Below are positions 17,278-26,704 of a stretch of 64,000 bases of DNA, piece by piece. The position numbers were made by a program, and so were the translations under genes. Numbering within the stretch: the stretch's first letter is position 1; every line of letters starts with the position of its first letter. The notes below the pieces were generated by a model that was given only the letters and a program-made list of their open reading frames with translations, was not told the origin of the DNA and made no database searches. Source of the DNA: a virus (lineage: Duplodnaviria > Caudoviricetes); the IMG/VR virus record IMGVR_UViG_3300048998_000149, positions 36,510 to 100,509 of that record; one strand, given 5' to 3'.

Positions 17278-19011
17278 ATGGACCTGACCACCGCATTCTC
17301 CGAGATCGTCAAGACCGCGCCCCAGGAAGACGGTTCCCTGCTGGTCTACGGCAAGGCAACTGGCTCCGATCTAGACATGGACGAGCAGCGTTGCGACCCG
17401 GCGTGGTTGAGCACGGCTATGCCTGAGTGGTTCCGCACCGCGGGGAATGTCAGAGAACAGCACGATGCGAAGCGTGCCGTGGGTAAGGCCATCGAGCACG
17501 AGACCATCGAAGACGGTTCCCACATGATTCGGGCGCGGGTCGTTGATCCCGTAGCGAAGGCGAAGGTCGAAGCCGGCATCCTCACGGGGTTCTCAATCGG
17601 CATCAAATCCCCCCGAATTGCCAAGAGCGCCGACGCGAAGAACGGTCTGATCGTCGGCGGCCAGATCGTCGAAATTAGCCTCGTCGACCGCCCCTGCCTC
17701 CCGACCGCGACCCTCACCATGTGCAAGGCCGCCGCCGCAGGCTGGGAAGGCTCCCCCGCCGACCTGGACGAAGACCTCGGCCTGGTCAAGTGCGAAGAGC
17801 TGAGCATCGAGAAGGCCGCTGACGTTGTCGAAGACGCCGCGCCCGTTGAGGACGCCGACAAGGCCGCTGACGCTGACGACAAGCCCGAAGAGGCTGTCGA
17901 GGTCGTCGAGGTCGAGAAGTCGGCCGAGACTGAGGCGCCGACCGACGTCGAAGGGGTAACGCCGGCCGACGTCGAGAAGGCTAGCGACCCCGACATCTCG
18001 GAGCCAAAGTTCGACCGTGAGGCCGCGAAGGCACTGGTCGCCGACACCCTCGCCAAGGCCGTCGACGACGGGCTGGGTCAGGACGAGTCCGGTGACATCG
18101 GCGGCGCCGAACAGGCCATCGCCATCATCGCCCAGTTGGTCATCTCCGAGGCGCAGGATCTCGCCAAGATGCCCGCCCAAGGCTGCGACATCCACCTTTT
18201 GATGAGCGCCGTGGACGCGCTGCGGTGCTTCTCCCGCCGCGAGCAGGCCGAACAGTCCGGCGTCGACCCCGACCAGGCGATCTACCTGGGCGCCGACGCG
18301 GACGCCACAAAGGCCGAGGTCACAAAGGCCAAGTACTCCGCCGAAGAGCTGCGCCAGATGCTCAAGGACGGCCACGCCATGAAGGGCCCCGACGGCGAGC
18401 CGGACTACCCCATCGGCGACGAAGAGGATCTCAAGAACGCCATCCACGCTGTGGGGCGCGGCAAGGGCGATCACGCCGACATTCGGGCGTACATCGTGCG
18501 GCGCGCCAAGATGATGGGCAAAATCAGCGAGGTCCCCAGCTACTGGACCGAAGCCGGACTTTCCTTCGCGGCCGACGCCGACATGGCCAAAACCGCCGAG
18601 CCCGATGCTGTCGAGGCCGACACCACCAAGACTGCGGAGCCGGAAGCCGTCAAGGCCACCGACGTTTCCGCTGATCCAGACGCCCTCGTCAAGGCCCTCA
18701 CCGCGGCTTTGGAGAAGGCAGACAACCCGCTACGCAAGCTTTTTGTGGGCATCGTTGAGGCATCGACAGAGGCCACCGCAAAGTCGCTCGGGGAACTGGG
18801 CGAGCGGTTGGTGAAGGTCGAGGGCATGGCGACCCCCGGAGGCCCGGCGCTGCGGCGCACCGAGATTGAACGAGTCAGTGCCCGCAAGAACGACCTGGTC
18901 ATGCAGCACGCCCGCTACAAGGCGCTGGCAATGCACGCCACTGACCCGATCGACGCCAAGGGATACGGCACTAAGGCCGCCCAGCTTGAGGCCGAAATCA
19001 AGGCCCTGTAA
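17278..19011 (+). CDS. HK97-type prohead protease fused to acidic scaffold
   Basis: VYGKAT...D.DEQ, NVREQH, TGFSIG, EISLVDRP; E/K/A-rich scaffold. Confidence 0.88.
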   Translation: MDLTTAFSEIVKTAPQEDGSLLVYGKATGSDLDMDEQRCDPAWLSTAMPEWFRTAGNVREQHDAKRAVGKAIEHETIEDGSHMIRARVVDPVAKAKVEAGILTGFSIGIKSPRIAKSADAKNGLIVGGQIVEISLVDRPCLPTATLTMCKAAAAGWEGSPADLDEDLGLVKCEELSIEKAADVVEDAAPVEDADKAADADDKPEEAVEVVEVEKSAETEAPTDVEGVTPADVEKASDPDISEPKFDREAAKALVADTLAKAVDDGLGQDESGDIGGAEQAIAIIAQLVISEAQDLAKMPAQGCDIHLLMSAVDALRCFSRREQAEQSGVDPDQAIYLGADADATKAEVTKAKYSAEELRQMLKDGHAMKGPDGEPDYPIGDEEDLKNAIHAVGRGKGDHADIRAYIVRRAKMMGKISEVPSYWTEAGLSFAADADMAKTAEPDAVEADTTKTAEPEAVKATDVSADPDALVKALTAALEKADNPLRKLFVGIVEASTEATAKSLGELGERLVKVEGMATPGGPALRRTEIERVSARKNDLVMQHARYKALAMHATDPIDAKGYGTKAAQLEAEIKAL

Positions 19012-19083
19012 CACGCGCCCCGATCCACACACCCAACCCCCGAGCCGCATGTGCGCCGGGGGTTCTTCTGTGAAGAGGACACA

Positions 19084-20772
19084 ATGCCCCAGCCCCGTAC
19101 CGCCGATCTGTTCGGCGATGCCGCAAGCCCAGTCGAGATGGTCGAGCGTTTCGAAGAGTACAAGGAAGCTCTCAACAAGTCCGCCCGTAACCCAGTGGCG
19201 CCAGCCGGCGGCGGCCAAGCCGCCCCGGAAAGTGAGTCTGCGCAGCTCCAGAAGGCACTTGGGTCGGACCTGCTCTCCAAGGCTCTGTCCCCAGAGCTGC
19301 TGGCGTCTGTCCGCGAGTCCCTCGCCCAGACCGACCTGGGCAAGGACCTGCTCGTGGCTGGCCCCGGCTCTACCGGCGGCCTGGTCGCGTACGACCTTGA
19401 GGCCCCGGCGAAGCTGCTGGCCCCGCGTCCCACGCCGCTGCGTAACCGCATTGCGCGGCGACGCGGCGTGGGCACGGCCCACCAGTTCAAGCGGATCACC
19501 GGCTTCAGTGGTTCGGGCACCGGCGGCGTTGCCACTCCGCGTCCGGGCATCACTGAGACTGGCCAGACCACCTGGGGTGGCCAGACCCTGCGTCGGCCCC
19601 CGGCCATCAGCTACTCCGGTGACCAGTCCTCGGTTCCGTACCTCGAGTTCGGTGCGTCGGACTCCGTGTCGTGGCGTGCCCAGTTCGCCGGCCAGGGCTA
19701 CCAGGACATCCGCCAGCTGTCCCAGAGCAGCGTGCTGTACTCCAGCATGCTGCAGGAGGAGCGTCTCCTCCTCGGTGGACGCGGCACTGTCGGCAGCTTC
19801 TCCGGTGCGCTGGCCGCGCCGACCGCGCCGACCAGCACGCCCATCGCGGCTGTCGCTGCGACCGGCTACGCCCCCATCACCGGCTACACCACCAACATCT
19901 ACGTCCGGGTCACCTCGGAGTCGGTGTTTGGCGACTCCGTCCCCTGCGCCGTGGCCACGGTGGTCGCCGCATCGGGCAGCTACATTGCGGTGACCGGCGT
20001 CACGCTGCCCGCGAACGCGACCGGCATGAAGGTCTACGCCGGCACCGGCGCCTCGGACCCCGGTATTGCTGGCAGCTACTACGTGGGCCGCCAGTCGAGC
20101 GGCAGCACCCCGTTCATCATCCAGGGTGCACTGCCGGTCGCCAACGGCAGCCCCGCCACGAATAACATCCCCGCTGCGGACACCTCCGCGTCGGCGCTGG
20201 ACTACGACGGCATCCTGACCTACTGCACCAGTGCGCAGTCGGGCTACCTCAAGAACATCAGCGCCGTCACTGGAGCTGGCAGCGTCGTCGGCGCACTGAG
20301 CGCCAACCCCGGCAACGAGTTCAACGTCGCCTTCGCGTCGCTGTACGACAGCGTGAAGGCCTCGCCGGACGAGATCCTGGCCAACGGCAACGACCGCAAG
20401 CAGCTGTCCGACCTGCTGAAGACCTCGTCTTCGTCCAACTACCGCATCAACCTGACAAACGAAGGCGATGCTCACGGCGCGCAGCTCGGCGCCATGGTCA
20501 CCTCGATCCAAAACGAAGTGACCGGCGACATTGTGAACATCACCGTCCACCCGTGGCTGCCCCAGGGCAACATGCCCATCATCAGTTGGACCCTGCCACT
20601 GCCCGACAGCAACGTCTCCGACGTATTCAGCGTCTACGATGTGCAACCGATTCAAATGATCGAATGGCCGGTCAACCAGCTGTCATACGATGTCAGCTCG
20701 TACTGGTTCGGCACATTTGTCTGTTACGCACCGGCCTGGTGCGGTGCCATTACTGGCATCACCAAGGTCTGA
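19084..20772 (+). CDS. Major capsid protein with an internal Thr/Ala-rich insertion
   Basis: Position after protease; YDLEAPAKLL, TPLRNRI, EER.LLGG, VHPWLPQG; strong codon bias. Confidence 0.85.
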   Translation: MPQPRTADLFGDAASPVEMVERFEEYKEALNKSARNPVAPAGGGQAAPESESAQLQKALGSDLLSKALSPELLASVRESLAQTDLGKDLLVAGPGSTGGLVAYDLEAPAKLLAPRPTPLRNRIARRRGVGTAHQFKRITGFSGSGTGGVATPRPGITETGQTTWGGQTLRRPPAISYSGDQSSVPYLEFGASDSVSWRAQFAGQGYQDIRQLSQSSVLYSSMLQEERLLLGGRGTVGSFSGALAAPTAPTSTPIAAVAATGYAPITGYTTNIYVRVTSESVFGDSVPCAVATVVAASGSYIAVTGVTLPANATGMKVYAGTGASDPGIAGSYYVGRQSSGSTPFIIQGALPVANGSPATNNIPAADTSASALDYDGILTYCTSAQSGYLKNISAVTGAGSVVGALSANPGNEFNVAFASLYDSVKASPDEILANGNDRKQLSDLLKTSSSSNYRINLTNEGDAHGAQLGAMVTSIQNEVTGDIVNITVHPWLPQGNMPIISWTLPLPDSNVSDVFSVYDVQPIQMIEWPVNQLSYDVSSYWFGTFVCYAPAWCGAITGITKV

Positions 20773-20791
20773 TCGTATTTTTCTGATCGGA

Positions 20792-20832
20792 GGGAGAGCG
20801 GGCGTCGAAGTGGCGCCCGCTTTCCCTTCGGT
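20792..20832 (+). terminator. Intrinsic terminator after capsid gene
   Basis: GGGAGAGCGGGCG...CGCCCGCTTTCCC then T-rich. Confidence 0.6.
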
Positions 20833-20862
20833 TTCTGTCGGGGTTTCTTGATAGAATCACGA

Positions 20863-20925
20863 TAGAAGGGCCCGGCGACGGCGGTAACCGTCCCGGGCTG
20901 TGGCCGACTGACTGGAGTCGACATG
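20863..20925 (+). promoter_or_regulatory. Structured leader upstream of endonuclease gene (copy B)
   Basis: TAGAAT -10 at 20852; TAGAAGGGCCC-stem-GCGGTAAC-stem-GGGC; similar to 3417-3489. Confidence 0.5.
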
Positions 20926-20951
20926 TCTGAGACTACCCGCATGCTGGCGGA

Positions 20952-22049
20952 GTGCCAATGTCTGCGCGGCTGAACCCTGACGATGCGGTCGCCGTGATGC
21001 GGGCGTCTGGGGTCGAGCCCCTTGGTCCGTATCCAGGTGCCAGGGCTAAGTGGCCGTGCCGGTGCATATCGTGTGGCCGTTGTGTTGAACCCCTCTACAC
21101 GAACGTGCAGAAGGGATGTTTGGGCTGCAAGTGGTGTGGCCGAGAGTTGGGCGCCGCCAAGTACCGCCTGAACTCGGCTGAAGCTGCCGCCGCCTTGGCG
21201 GTGGAGCGCGATCTTGAGCCGCTGGAGCCGTACCCGGGGGCGACGTTCCCCTGGCGCTGCCGCTGTCTGCGGTGCGGCGCGGAGGCTGCTCCGACTTATC
21301 ACAGCCTGAAGGTGGCCGGCGGTTGCCGCAATTGCGGGCACGTCGTCAGGGCCGCTAAGCAGCGTGGCCCCGCAGGCGTTGCGGTCGCGGATCTGCAGGC
21401 CGCGGGGTTTGATCCGCTGGACGAGTTTCCGGGGGTAATGAACCCGTGGCGCTGCCAGTGCCGTTCCTGCGGAAAGACGGTCCTGAAGAGCCTAAACGAC
21501 ATCAGAAGTGGTGTCACTGGGTGCCGGTGGTGCCTACGTCTCGTCGTCGACCCGGCGGTCGCGGTGAAGGTGATGCAGGATGCGGGGCTGGAACCTCTGG
21601 TCGACTACCCGGGCAGTGGCACTCCGTGGAGTTGCCGCTGTCTCCGCTGCTTGCGGACCGTTAGCCCTCGGTACAGCTCGGTGGCTGGCGCCCAGGGTGG
21701 CTGTCGGTGGTGTGCCAAGTACGGCTTCAAAGCCTCCGAAGAGGCCATCGTCTACCTGATTGAGCATCGTGAGCATGGCGCCGTGAAGGTTGGCATTGCC
21801 GACACCAAGGGCTCGCGCCTGAGGAAACACGGACAGCGCGGCTGGCAGGTACTGGCTGTCGTCCAGGTTCCCGGTGAGCGCGCGATGGCTATAGAGAAGA
21901 ACATCTTGGGCTGGTGGCGCCTTGATCTGTGCCTTCCGCCGTTTCTGAGCAAGACCGAGATGTCGCAGCTTGGTTGGACCGAGACGGTCGACGCGGACGC
22001 GATCGACGTTCTGGCCACGATCGAACGCATCAGGCTTCTCGCCGCTTAG
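20952..22049 (+). CDS. Homing-endonuclease-like protein: four zinc-ribbon repeats plus a C-terminal GIY-YIG/T5orf172-like domain
   Basis: PL..(Y/F)PG...W.C.C..C...GC..C four times; VYLI...VKVGIA...RL..H. Confidence 0.75.
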   Translation: MPMSARLNPDDAVAVMRASGVEPLGPYPGARAKWPCRCISCGRCVEPLYTNVQKGCLGCKWCGRELGAAKYRLNSAEAAAALAVERDLEPLEPYPGATFPWRCRCLRCGAEAAPTYHSLKVAGGCRNCGHVVRAAKQRGPAGVAVADLQAAGFDPLDEFPGVMNPWRCQCRSCGKTVLKSLNDIRSGVTGCRWCLRLVVDPAVAVKVMQDAGLEPLVDYPGSGTPWSCRCLRCLRTVSPRYSSVAGAQGGCRWCAKYGFKASEEAIVYLIEHREHGAVKVGIADTKGSRLRKHGQRGWQVLAVVQVPGERAMAIEKNILGWWRLDLCLPPFLSKTEMSQLGWTETVDADAIDVLATIERIRLLAA

Positions 22050-22125
22050 CGGGCCCATCAAATTCTCACAAGGGGCATCCGGTTCATCGGGTGCCCTTTC
22101 TTCATGCCCATCGAAAGGTTCATCC

Positions 22126-22368
22126 ATGCCTGAGGACGCCGAGTCCCAGCCCGTGAAGCGCGGTCCGGGACGGCCGCGCAAGGTGGCGGCCCCGAAGGTT
22201 GACGTGTCGCCGCCCGATGAGTGGAAGACCAGCGAGCCGGAGCCGGTAGCGAAGTCAGCGGATCCGCGTATCGGCCAGTCATGTCCCTCCAGCTGGAGCA
22301 GCGTCGGCTATGGCGACGGTTCCACCTACCGCTGCGAGAACGGCAAAATTGTGGAAAGGGTCATCTGA
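22126..22368 (+). CDS. Small protein with AT-hook-like motif
   Basis: KRGPGRPRK; GAAAGG RBS. Confidence 0.55.
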   Translation: MPEDAESQPVKRGPGRPRKVAAPKVDVSPPDEWKTSEPEPVAKSADPRIGQSCPSSWSSVGYGDGSTYRCENGKIVERVI

Positions 22369-22757
22369 TGGCGCTCACGGCGAGCTACACCAATCTTGGC
22401 GCTACCACAGCCGTTGCGGGGGTTCAGGTCCAAGCAGTCGCGCAAGTTGATGGCCTCGGCAACGTTGCCACCCCCGGCGGCACGACGACTGCGACGATCG
22501 TCGCCGGAACCGGCACGACTGTGCAGGTTGTCAAAGCCTCCGCCGGCCGGCTTTACCGCGTCCTCGTCACGGGGGCAACTTCCACTGCGGCGCTGACTTT
22601 CTACGACAACGCATCCGCCGCAAGCGGCACGGTCATCGGCATCGTCCCCAGTGGCGCCACCACGGGGCAGTCCTTCGACATTCAGATGCCCGCCAACAAC
22701 GGCATTACCGCTGGACTGCTCAGCGGCTCCGCATCCGTCACCGTCAGCTACTACTAA
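22368..22757 (+). CDS. Virion structural/decoration protein (beta-rich)
   Basis: Thr/Ala/Gly-rich; GRLYRVLVT, LTFYDNA. Confidence 0.6.
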   Translation: MALTASYTNLGATTAVAGVQVQAVAQVDGLGNVATPGGTTTATIVAGTGTTVQVVKASAGRLYRVLVTGATSTAALTFYDNASAASGTVIGIVPSGATTGQSFDIQMPANNGITAGLLSGSASVTVSYY

Positions 22758-22769
22758 GAGGGGGACCTG

Positions 22770-23030
22770 ATGCCCAGACTTCTCTCCCCCGATGACGCCT
22801 GCATCGGGGTTGATGTGCCGACGTACGGCGGCAAGGCCAGCTATAACGGCCGCACGATCGACGTCTCGGACCCTTCGCACGTGAAGGCTCTGCGGGCTGT
22901 CGGTTATGTCCCAGCGGCCGTTGCTGGCGCCCCAATCCGTTCTGGCGGTTACCGCTGCACTGGATGCGGGTTCAACGCCTACTTCCGTACCTGCTCGAGG
23001 TGCGGCGCCACCTGCGAACGCCCCGAATAG
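22770..23030 (+). CDS. Small zinc-ribbon protein in head module
   Basis: CTGCGF...CSRCG. Confidence 0.6.
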   Translation: MPRLLSPDDACIGVDVPTYGGKASYNGRTIDVSDPSHVKALRAVGYVPAAVAGAPIRSGGYRCTGCGFNAYFRTCSRCGATCERPE

Positions 23031-23040
23031 GAGCAGCACC

Positions 23041-23340
23041 ATGGCCACCTCTGAGTATTTGGCGACTCTAGACATCAAACGGTATTTCTTCTCAACCTAT
23101 TCGCAGGCGTCGGTGTCCCTGTTCGCCACCCAGTTCAACGCCGACTGGGCGTCTGTGCTGGGCGGGACGGTGGCGGTGACGGCTACCACTGCCGCCCCGC
23201 TTGTGGCGCTGATCATCATCAACGCCAACCTGGTACTCACCGTGAACCCGGGTGATTTCGTCGGGTTCAACTACGGCAACTGGCAGGTTGTGCAGGCCTC
23301 GAAGATGTCGGGCCTGTCGTTCACCGCCTCGACTGTCTGA
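23041..23340 (+). CDS. Hypothetical virion protein
   Basis: AGGAG RBS; synteny. Confidence 0.55.
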   Translation: MATSEYLATLDIKRYFFSTYSQASVSLFATQFNADWASVLGGTVAVTATTAAPLVALIIINANLVLTVNPGDFVGFNYGNWQVVQASKMSGLSFTASTV

Positions 23341-23384
23341 CCTGCACGTTTCCGCTTTGAGTTGCCTGTGGAGGGTTGGCCGGT

Positions 23385-24242
23385 ATGCCTAGCTTGACTA
23401 CTTCGGTGCCGAGCACTCCGTATTTGACGGTGGCCGAGTTGAAGCGGTCGCCGATTTACACGCAGCTGCAAAAGTTGGTGCCGGGCGGTTCGACTGCCGA
23501 TAACGATGCGGAGTTGGGTCGGATCATCATGCGGGTCTCCGCGATGATCAACGGGGAGACCCGCCAGAATTTGGCGGCCTCCGTGGACACCGAGGCGGAT
23601 TGGGCGACGTTTTCGGATCGCGGGGAGCTGCGGATTCACACCCGAGGCAATCCGATCATTTCGGTGGTGTCGGTGCTGATCGGTCCGGATCCGTACAACT
23701 TGACTGCGGTCAGCGATTTGACGCATGTCGAGTTGGATCCGTGGCAGATCACCATCCCAGCTTTCGCGCTGGGCGGGTTTGGCGGTTTCGGTGGCTGCAG
23801 GTCGAGGCGACGAGTGTGGGCGCAGTGGACGTACGTCACCGGCTACCCGGTGACGACGTTGGCTTCGGCCGTTTCGGCTGGCGCCACGTCGCTGACTGTG
23901 GCTGACGCTACCGGCGTTGTGGTCGGTCAGACCGTCCTCACGATCGAGGATGGTAAGTGGCTGGAGATGCTTCACCCGACTGCCGTTGCCGGCAATGTGC
24001 TGACTGTGGCGCCGCTGGCGTTCGCCCATCAGGTGGGGGTTGGGGTGTCTGCGCTGCCCGGCGATATCACGGAGGCGGCGCTGCTGCTGATTTCGCGGCT
24101 GCACGACAGCTGGAGTCTGTCGATGGGTGCTATCACCCACGACGGGACTGGCGCTCGGAAGCCGAAGGGCGGCGCCGGTACTGGCGCCCGGGCACTGTGT
24201 GACGCCGGCGTGATCCTGGCCCCATATAAGCGGGTCTGGTGA
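23385..24242 (+). CDS. Head-tail adaptor/connector
   Basis: PYLTVAELK start, YVTGYP, LPGDITEAALLL, ILAPYKRV end. Confidence 0.75.
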   Translation: MPSLTTSVPSTPYLTVAELKRSPIYTQLQKLVPGGSTADNDAELGRIIMRVSAMINGETRQNLAASVDTEADWATFSDRGELRIHTRGNPIISVVSVLIGPDPYNLTAVSDLTHVELDPWQITIPAFALGGFGGFGGCRSRRRVWAQWTYVTGYPVTTLASAVSAGATSLTVADATGVVVGQTVLTIEDGKWLEMLHPTAVAGNVLTVAPLAFAHQVGVGVSALPGDITEAALLLISRLHDSWSLSMGAITHDGTGARKPKGGAGTGARALCDAGVILAPYKRVW

Positions 24243-24643
24243 GCAACTACAACGATGTGCGCACCGCACTGGGTACTGCTATTCAGCGGTATCAGCCGGG
24301 TTTGAACGTCTACTACTACGTGCCGCAGTCGTTGGTGCCGCCAGCGGCGATTATTAAGCCGCAGTCGCAGAATGTGCGGACGATTGAGTATGCGCAGGCG
24401 CACGGTGACAGTTCGCTCGCTAAGTGGCATTTCCAGGTTTTGCTGGTTATCGGCCAGTTGGATGAGCAGGCCGCGCAGGAGCAGGCCGGCGAGTTGATTT
24501 CTCCGGGTTCGACGCTGGTGCGGTCGTTGTCCGGTCGGCTGTCTACCGGGTTTTCGCAGGTCACCGAGGGTGGCATCAGCTCGATGATGTTTGACCAGGG
24601 CCTTTACACGTACGCCCAGCTGACGGTGGCCGTTCTCGCATAG
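24239..24643 (+). CDS. Tail terminator / tail-completion protein
   Basis: Synteny; VRTALGTAI..., PPAAII. Confidence 0.6.
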   Translation: MSNYNDVRTALGTAIQRYQPGLNVYYYVPQSLVPPAAIIKPQSQNVRTIEYAQAHGDSSLAKWHFQVLLVIGQLDEQAAQEQAGELISPGSTLVRSLSGRLSTGFSQVTEGGISSMMFDQGLYTYAQLTVAVLA

Positions 24644-24659
24644 CCGTTCTCCCCTCTCT

Positions 24660-24714
24660 GCCCCCGCTATGGGGGCTTTTTGTTTGTCCGTCCCCCTTCA
24701 TGGGGGTTTTTTTG
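24660..24714 (+). terminator. Two tandem intrinsic terminator-like hairpins
   Basis: GCCCCC-GCTAT-GGGGGC-TTTTT and CCCCC-TTCAT-GGGGG-TTTTTTT. Confidence 0.6.
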
Positions 24715-24740
24715 TTGCCCCCATTCTAGGAAGGCATGCC

Positions 24741-24950
24741 GTGGCAGGAAAGCAGTACGAGGCCATTCGGGTGTGGAGACGAACCGACCCGCGAACGGGC
24801 GCCGACACCAACTATGTGCCGGGTGACCCGTATACGGCGCCTGTCGAGCCAAACATGGTCAGTCCGGAAGGCCCTGACGGTAAAGGGCCTGTGATCGCCG
24901 AGAAGTCCACCCCCGCCATCTCTGGCGACTCCAGCAGCAAGGAGAAGTGA
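24741..24950 (+). CDS. Small hypothetical protein
   Basis: GTG start after AGGAAGG; coupled to tail tube gene. Confidence 0.5.
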   Translation: MAGKQYEAIRVWRRTDPRTGADTNYVPGDPYTAPVEPNMVSPEGPDGKGPVIAEKSTPAISGDSSSKEK

Positions 24951-25732
24951 CCATGGCTATTGACCTGAACCCGGTGACCATCGCATACCCGGGCTACAAG
25001 ACTCAGTGGGGCATCGAGGGACTGTTGTTCAGCGCTCAGGGTAACGACCTGGAGCACAGCCGTAAGGCCGACAAGGTTGACGGTTCGGGGTTCGGCACTC
25101 GCGTCCGCAACTCGCTGCCGGGCATGCAGGAAGGCTCCTTGAAGATCAAGGGCCTGGCCGCCATGGAAAAGGGCGCGCTGAACTGGCAGATCAACCAGTG
25201 GTTCGGCCGCAAGTCGGCTGTGAACGCCTGGTTCGCGCTGGAGGGCCTGACCACGGGGTCGCCGATCACCATGCAGCCCTCTTCGATCATTGACGCGTCG
25301 ATCACCGCGAAGCTGAAGGACGCCATCGACTTCTCCATGGAGCTGGATGCGCGGGGCGCCTACGACGACGGCTTCATTCTGCTGTCCCCGCAGAACCTGC
25401 TGACCGGCGCGTCCGGCACGGGCCCGCAGGATCTGAACGCCCTCTTCGGGGGTGCCACCACTTCCGGTGCGACCGCGCAGCTGCACGTGTGGGCGTTTGA
25501 CGGCGGCACCACCCCAGCGGTGACTGTGACCGTCCAGCACAGCCCAGATGGCACCTCCTGGACCCCGCTGATGACCTTCGCGGCGCAGTCGACGGTGGGT
25601 TCGCAGCGGATCGTGCTGCCGTCCACCACCTCGGTGAACGCGTTTGTGCAGGCCACTTGGACTGTGTCGGGTGCGCCGACTGACGTGCAGGTGCTGCTCG
25701 GGTTCTCCCGCGGCATCAACCTCAACATCTGA
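24947..25732 (+). CDS. Major tail (tube) protein with C-terminal beta-sandwich
   Basis: D.SGFG..R..LPG..EGSL motif; directly precedes chaperone/TMP; strong codon bias. Confidence 0.78.
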   Translation: MTMAIDLNPVTIAYPGYKTQWGIEGLLFSAQGNDLEHSRKADKVDGSGFGTRVRNSLPGMQEGSLKIKGLAAMEKGALNWQINQWFGRKSAVNAWFALEGLTTGSPITMQPSSIIDASITAKLKDAIDFSMELDARGAYDDGFILLSPQNLLTGASGTGPQDLNALFGGATTSGATAQLHVWAFDGGTTPAVTVTVQHSPDGTSWTPLMTFAAQSTVGSQRIVLPSTTSVNAFVQATWTVSGAPTDVQVLLGFSRGINLNI

Positions 25733-25742
25733 TCCCACGCCG

Positions 25743-25961
25743 ATGGCCCACGATCCGATATGCGAGTTCTTCACAAGGGTTTCTGGGGCTGACGATCTCA
25801 AGAAGACGCTCGATCCGGACAAGCTTCTGAAAACGGCTTGCCGGGTGATTAAGCACCCGGATTGTTGCGTGTTGTGTGCGGCCAACAACGACTGTGCGCG
25901 AATACCACTTCACTACAACTGCCGCTGTAAGCCGGAAGGCTATCTCGAACTCGCGCCGTAG
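25743..25961 (+). CDS. Small Cys-rich protein with MuF-like CxxC...PLHxNCRC motif
   Basis: CVLC...IPLHYNCRC. Confidence 0.5.
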   Translation: MAHDPICEFFTRVSGADDLKKTLDPDKLLKTACRVIKHPDCCVLCAANNDCARIPLHYNCRCKPEGYLELAP

Positions 25962-26012
25962 GCGTGTTTCGACGAGCGCAGATTCCCCACAATCTAGGAG
26001 GAGCAATTCCCC

Positions 26013-26456
26013 ATGTCCGACGCCGACGATGACCTGGACTTTGAGCTTGTCACGAGCGCCAAGCAGCTGGCCGCTGCCCCCCCGTTGCGTCACGAGAAGG
26101 TGACCGTAGCGGACTGGAAGACCACCTCCGGTAAAGCGGCCAGGTTCCTGGTGTGGGAGCTGACCGCCGCAGTCTATGCCGAGTTCTTGGAGTCGGGTCG
26201 GATCTACAAGGACGGGGCGCTCAAGCGCTACGACGTGAAGGACGAGGATGTCCGCCTCCTGGCGTTCACCGTGTGCGACCAGCACGGGAACCGCCTGTGG
26301 AGCACCGTCGAGGCAGCTAAAACCCAGCTTGGGGGTCTGGGTAAGGCCAGTTTGAACCTGCTGTTGAACGCGGCCAACGAGGTTAACAGCGCGAAGCCCA
26401 CGGACACTGAGGGAAACTCCGGCGGGACCCCGAGCGACTCTTCGCCTACGACCTAG
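26013..26456 (+). CDS. Tail assembly chaperone (G)
   Basis: Position before TMP; in-frame slippery G GGA AAC near the 3' end. Confidence 0.8.
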   Translation: MSDADDDLDFELVTSAKQLAAAPPLRHEKVTVADWKTTSGKAARFLVWELTAAVYAEFLESGRIYKDGALKRYDVKDEDVRLLAFTVCDQHGNRLWSTVEAAKTQLGGLGKASLNLLLNAANEVNSAKPTDTEGNSGGTPSDSSPTT

Positions 26457-26689
26457 CCTTCGAGCTGGGTTTTCCATCCCCTGACCATCTGATGACTGTC
26501 ATTTCTAGGCCTCAGTTGTTGGGTTGGATGGTTTGGGCGGCGATTCGGGGTCCGATCGGGGGTCCGCGTCGGGACTTCTATGCGTCGTTTTTGGCGATGC
26601 ATGCGGGTAAGCCGCATGACACCGAGGTTTCGCAGTCGGATTTCATGCCGCCGTGGGTGAAGTCCGAGGAAGACGACGACGAGGACTGA
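26411..26689 (+). CDS. -1 frameshift extension of tail assembly chaperone (GT)
   Basis: GGGAAAC at 26411-26417; -1 frame open: LRRDPERLFAYDLAFELG...GPIGGPRRD...DFMPPW, stop 26689. Confidence 0.8.
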   Translation, partial: GKLRRDPERLFAYDLAFELGFPSPDHLMTVISRPQLLGWMVWAAIRGPIGGPRRDFYASFLAMHAGKPHDTEVSQSDFMPPWVKSEEDDDED

Positions 26690-26704
26690 GAGCGGAGCGC
26701 GGTC

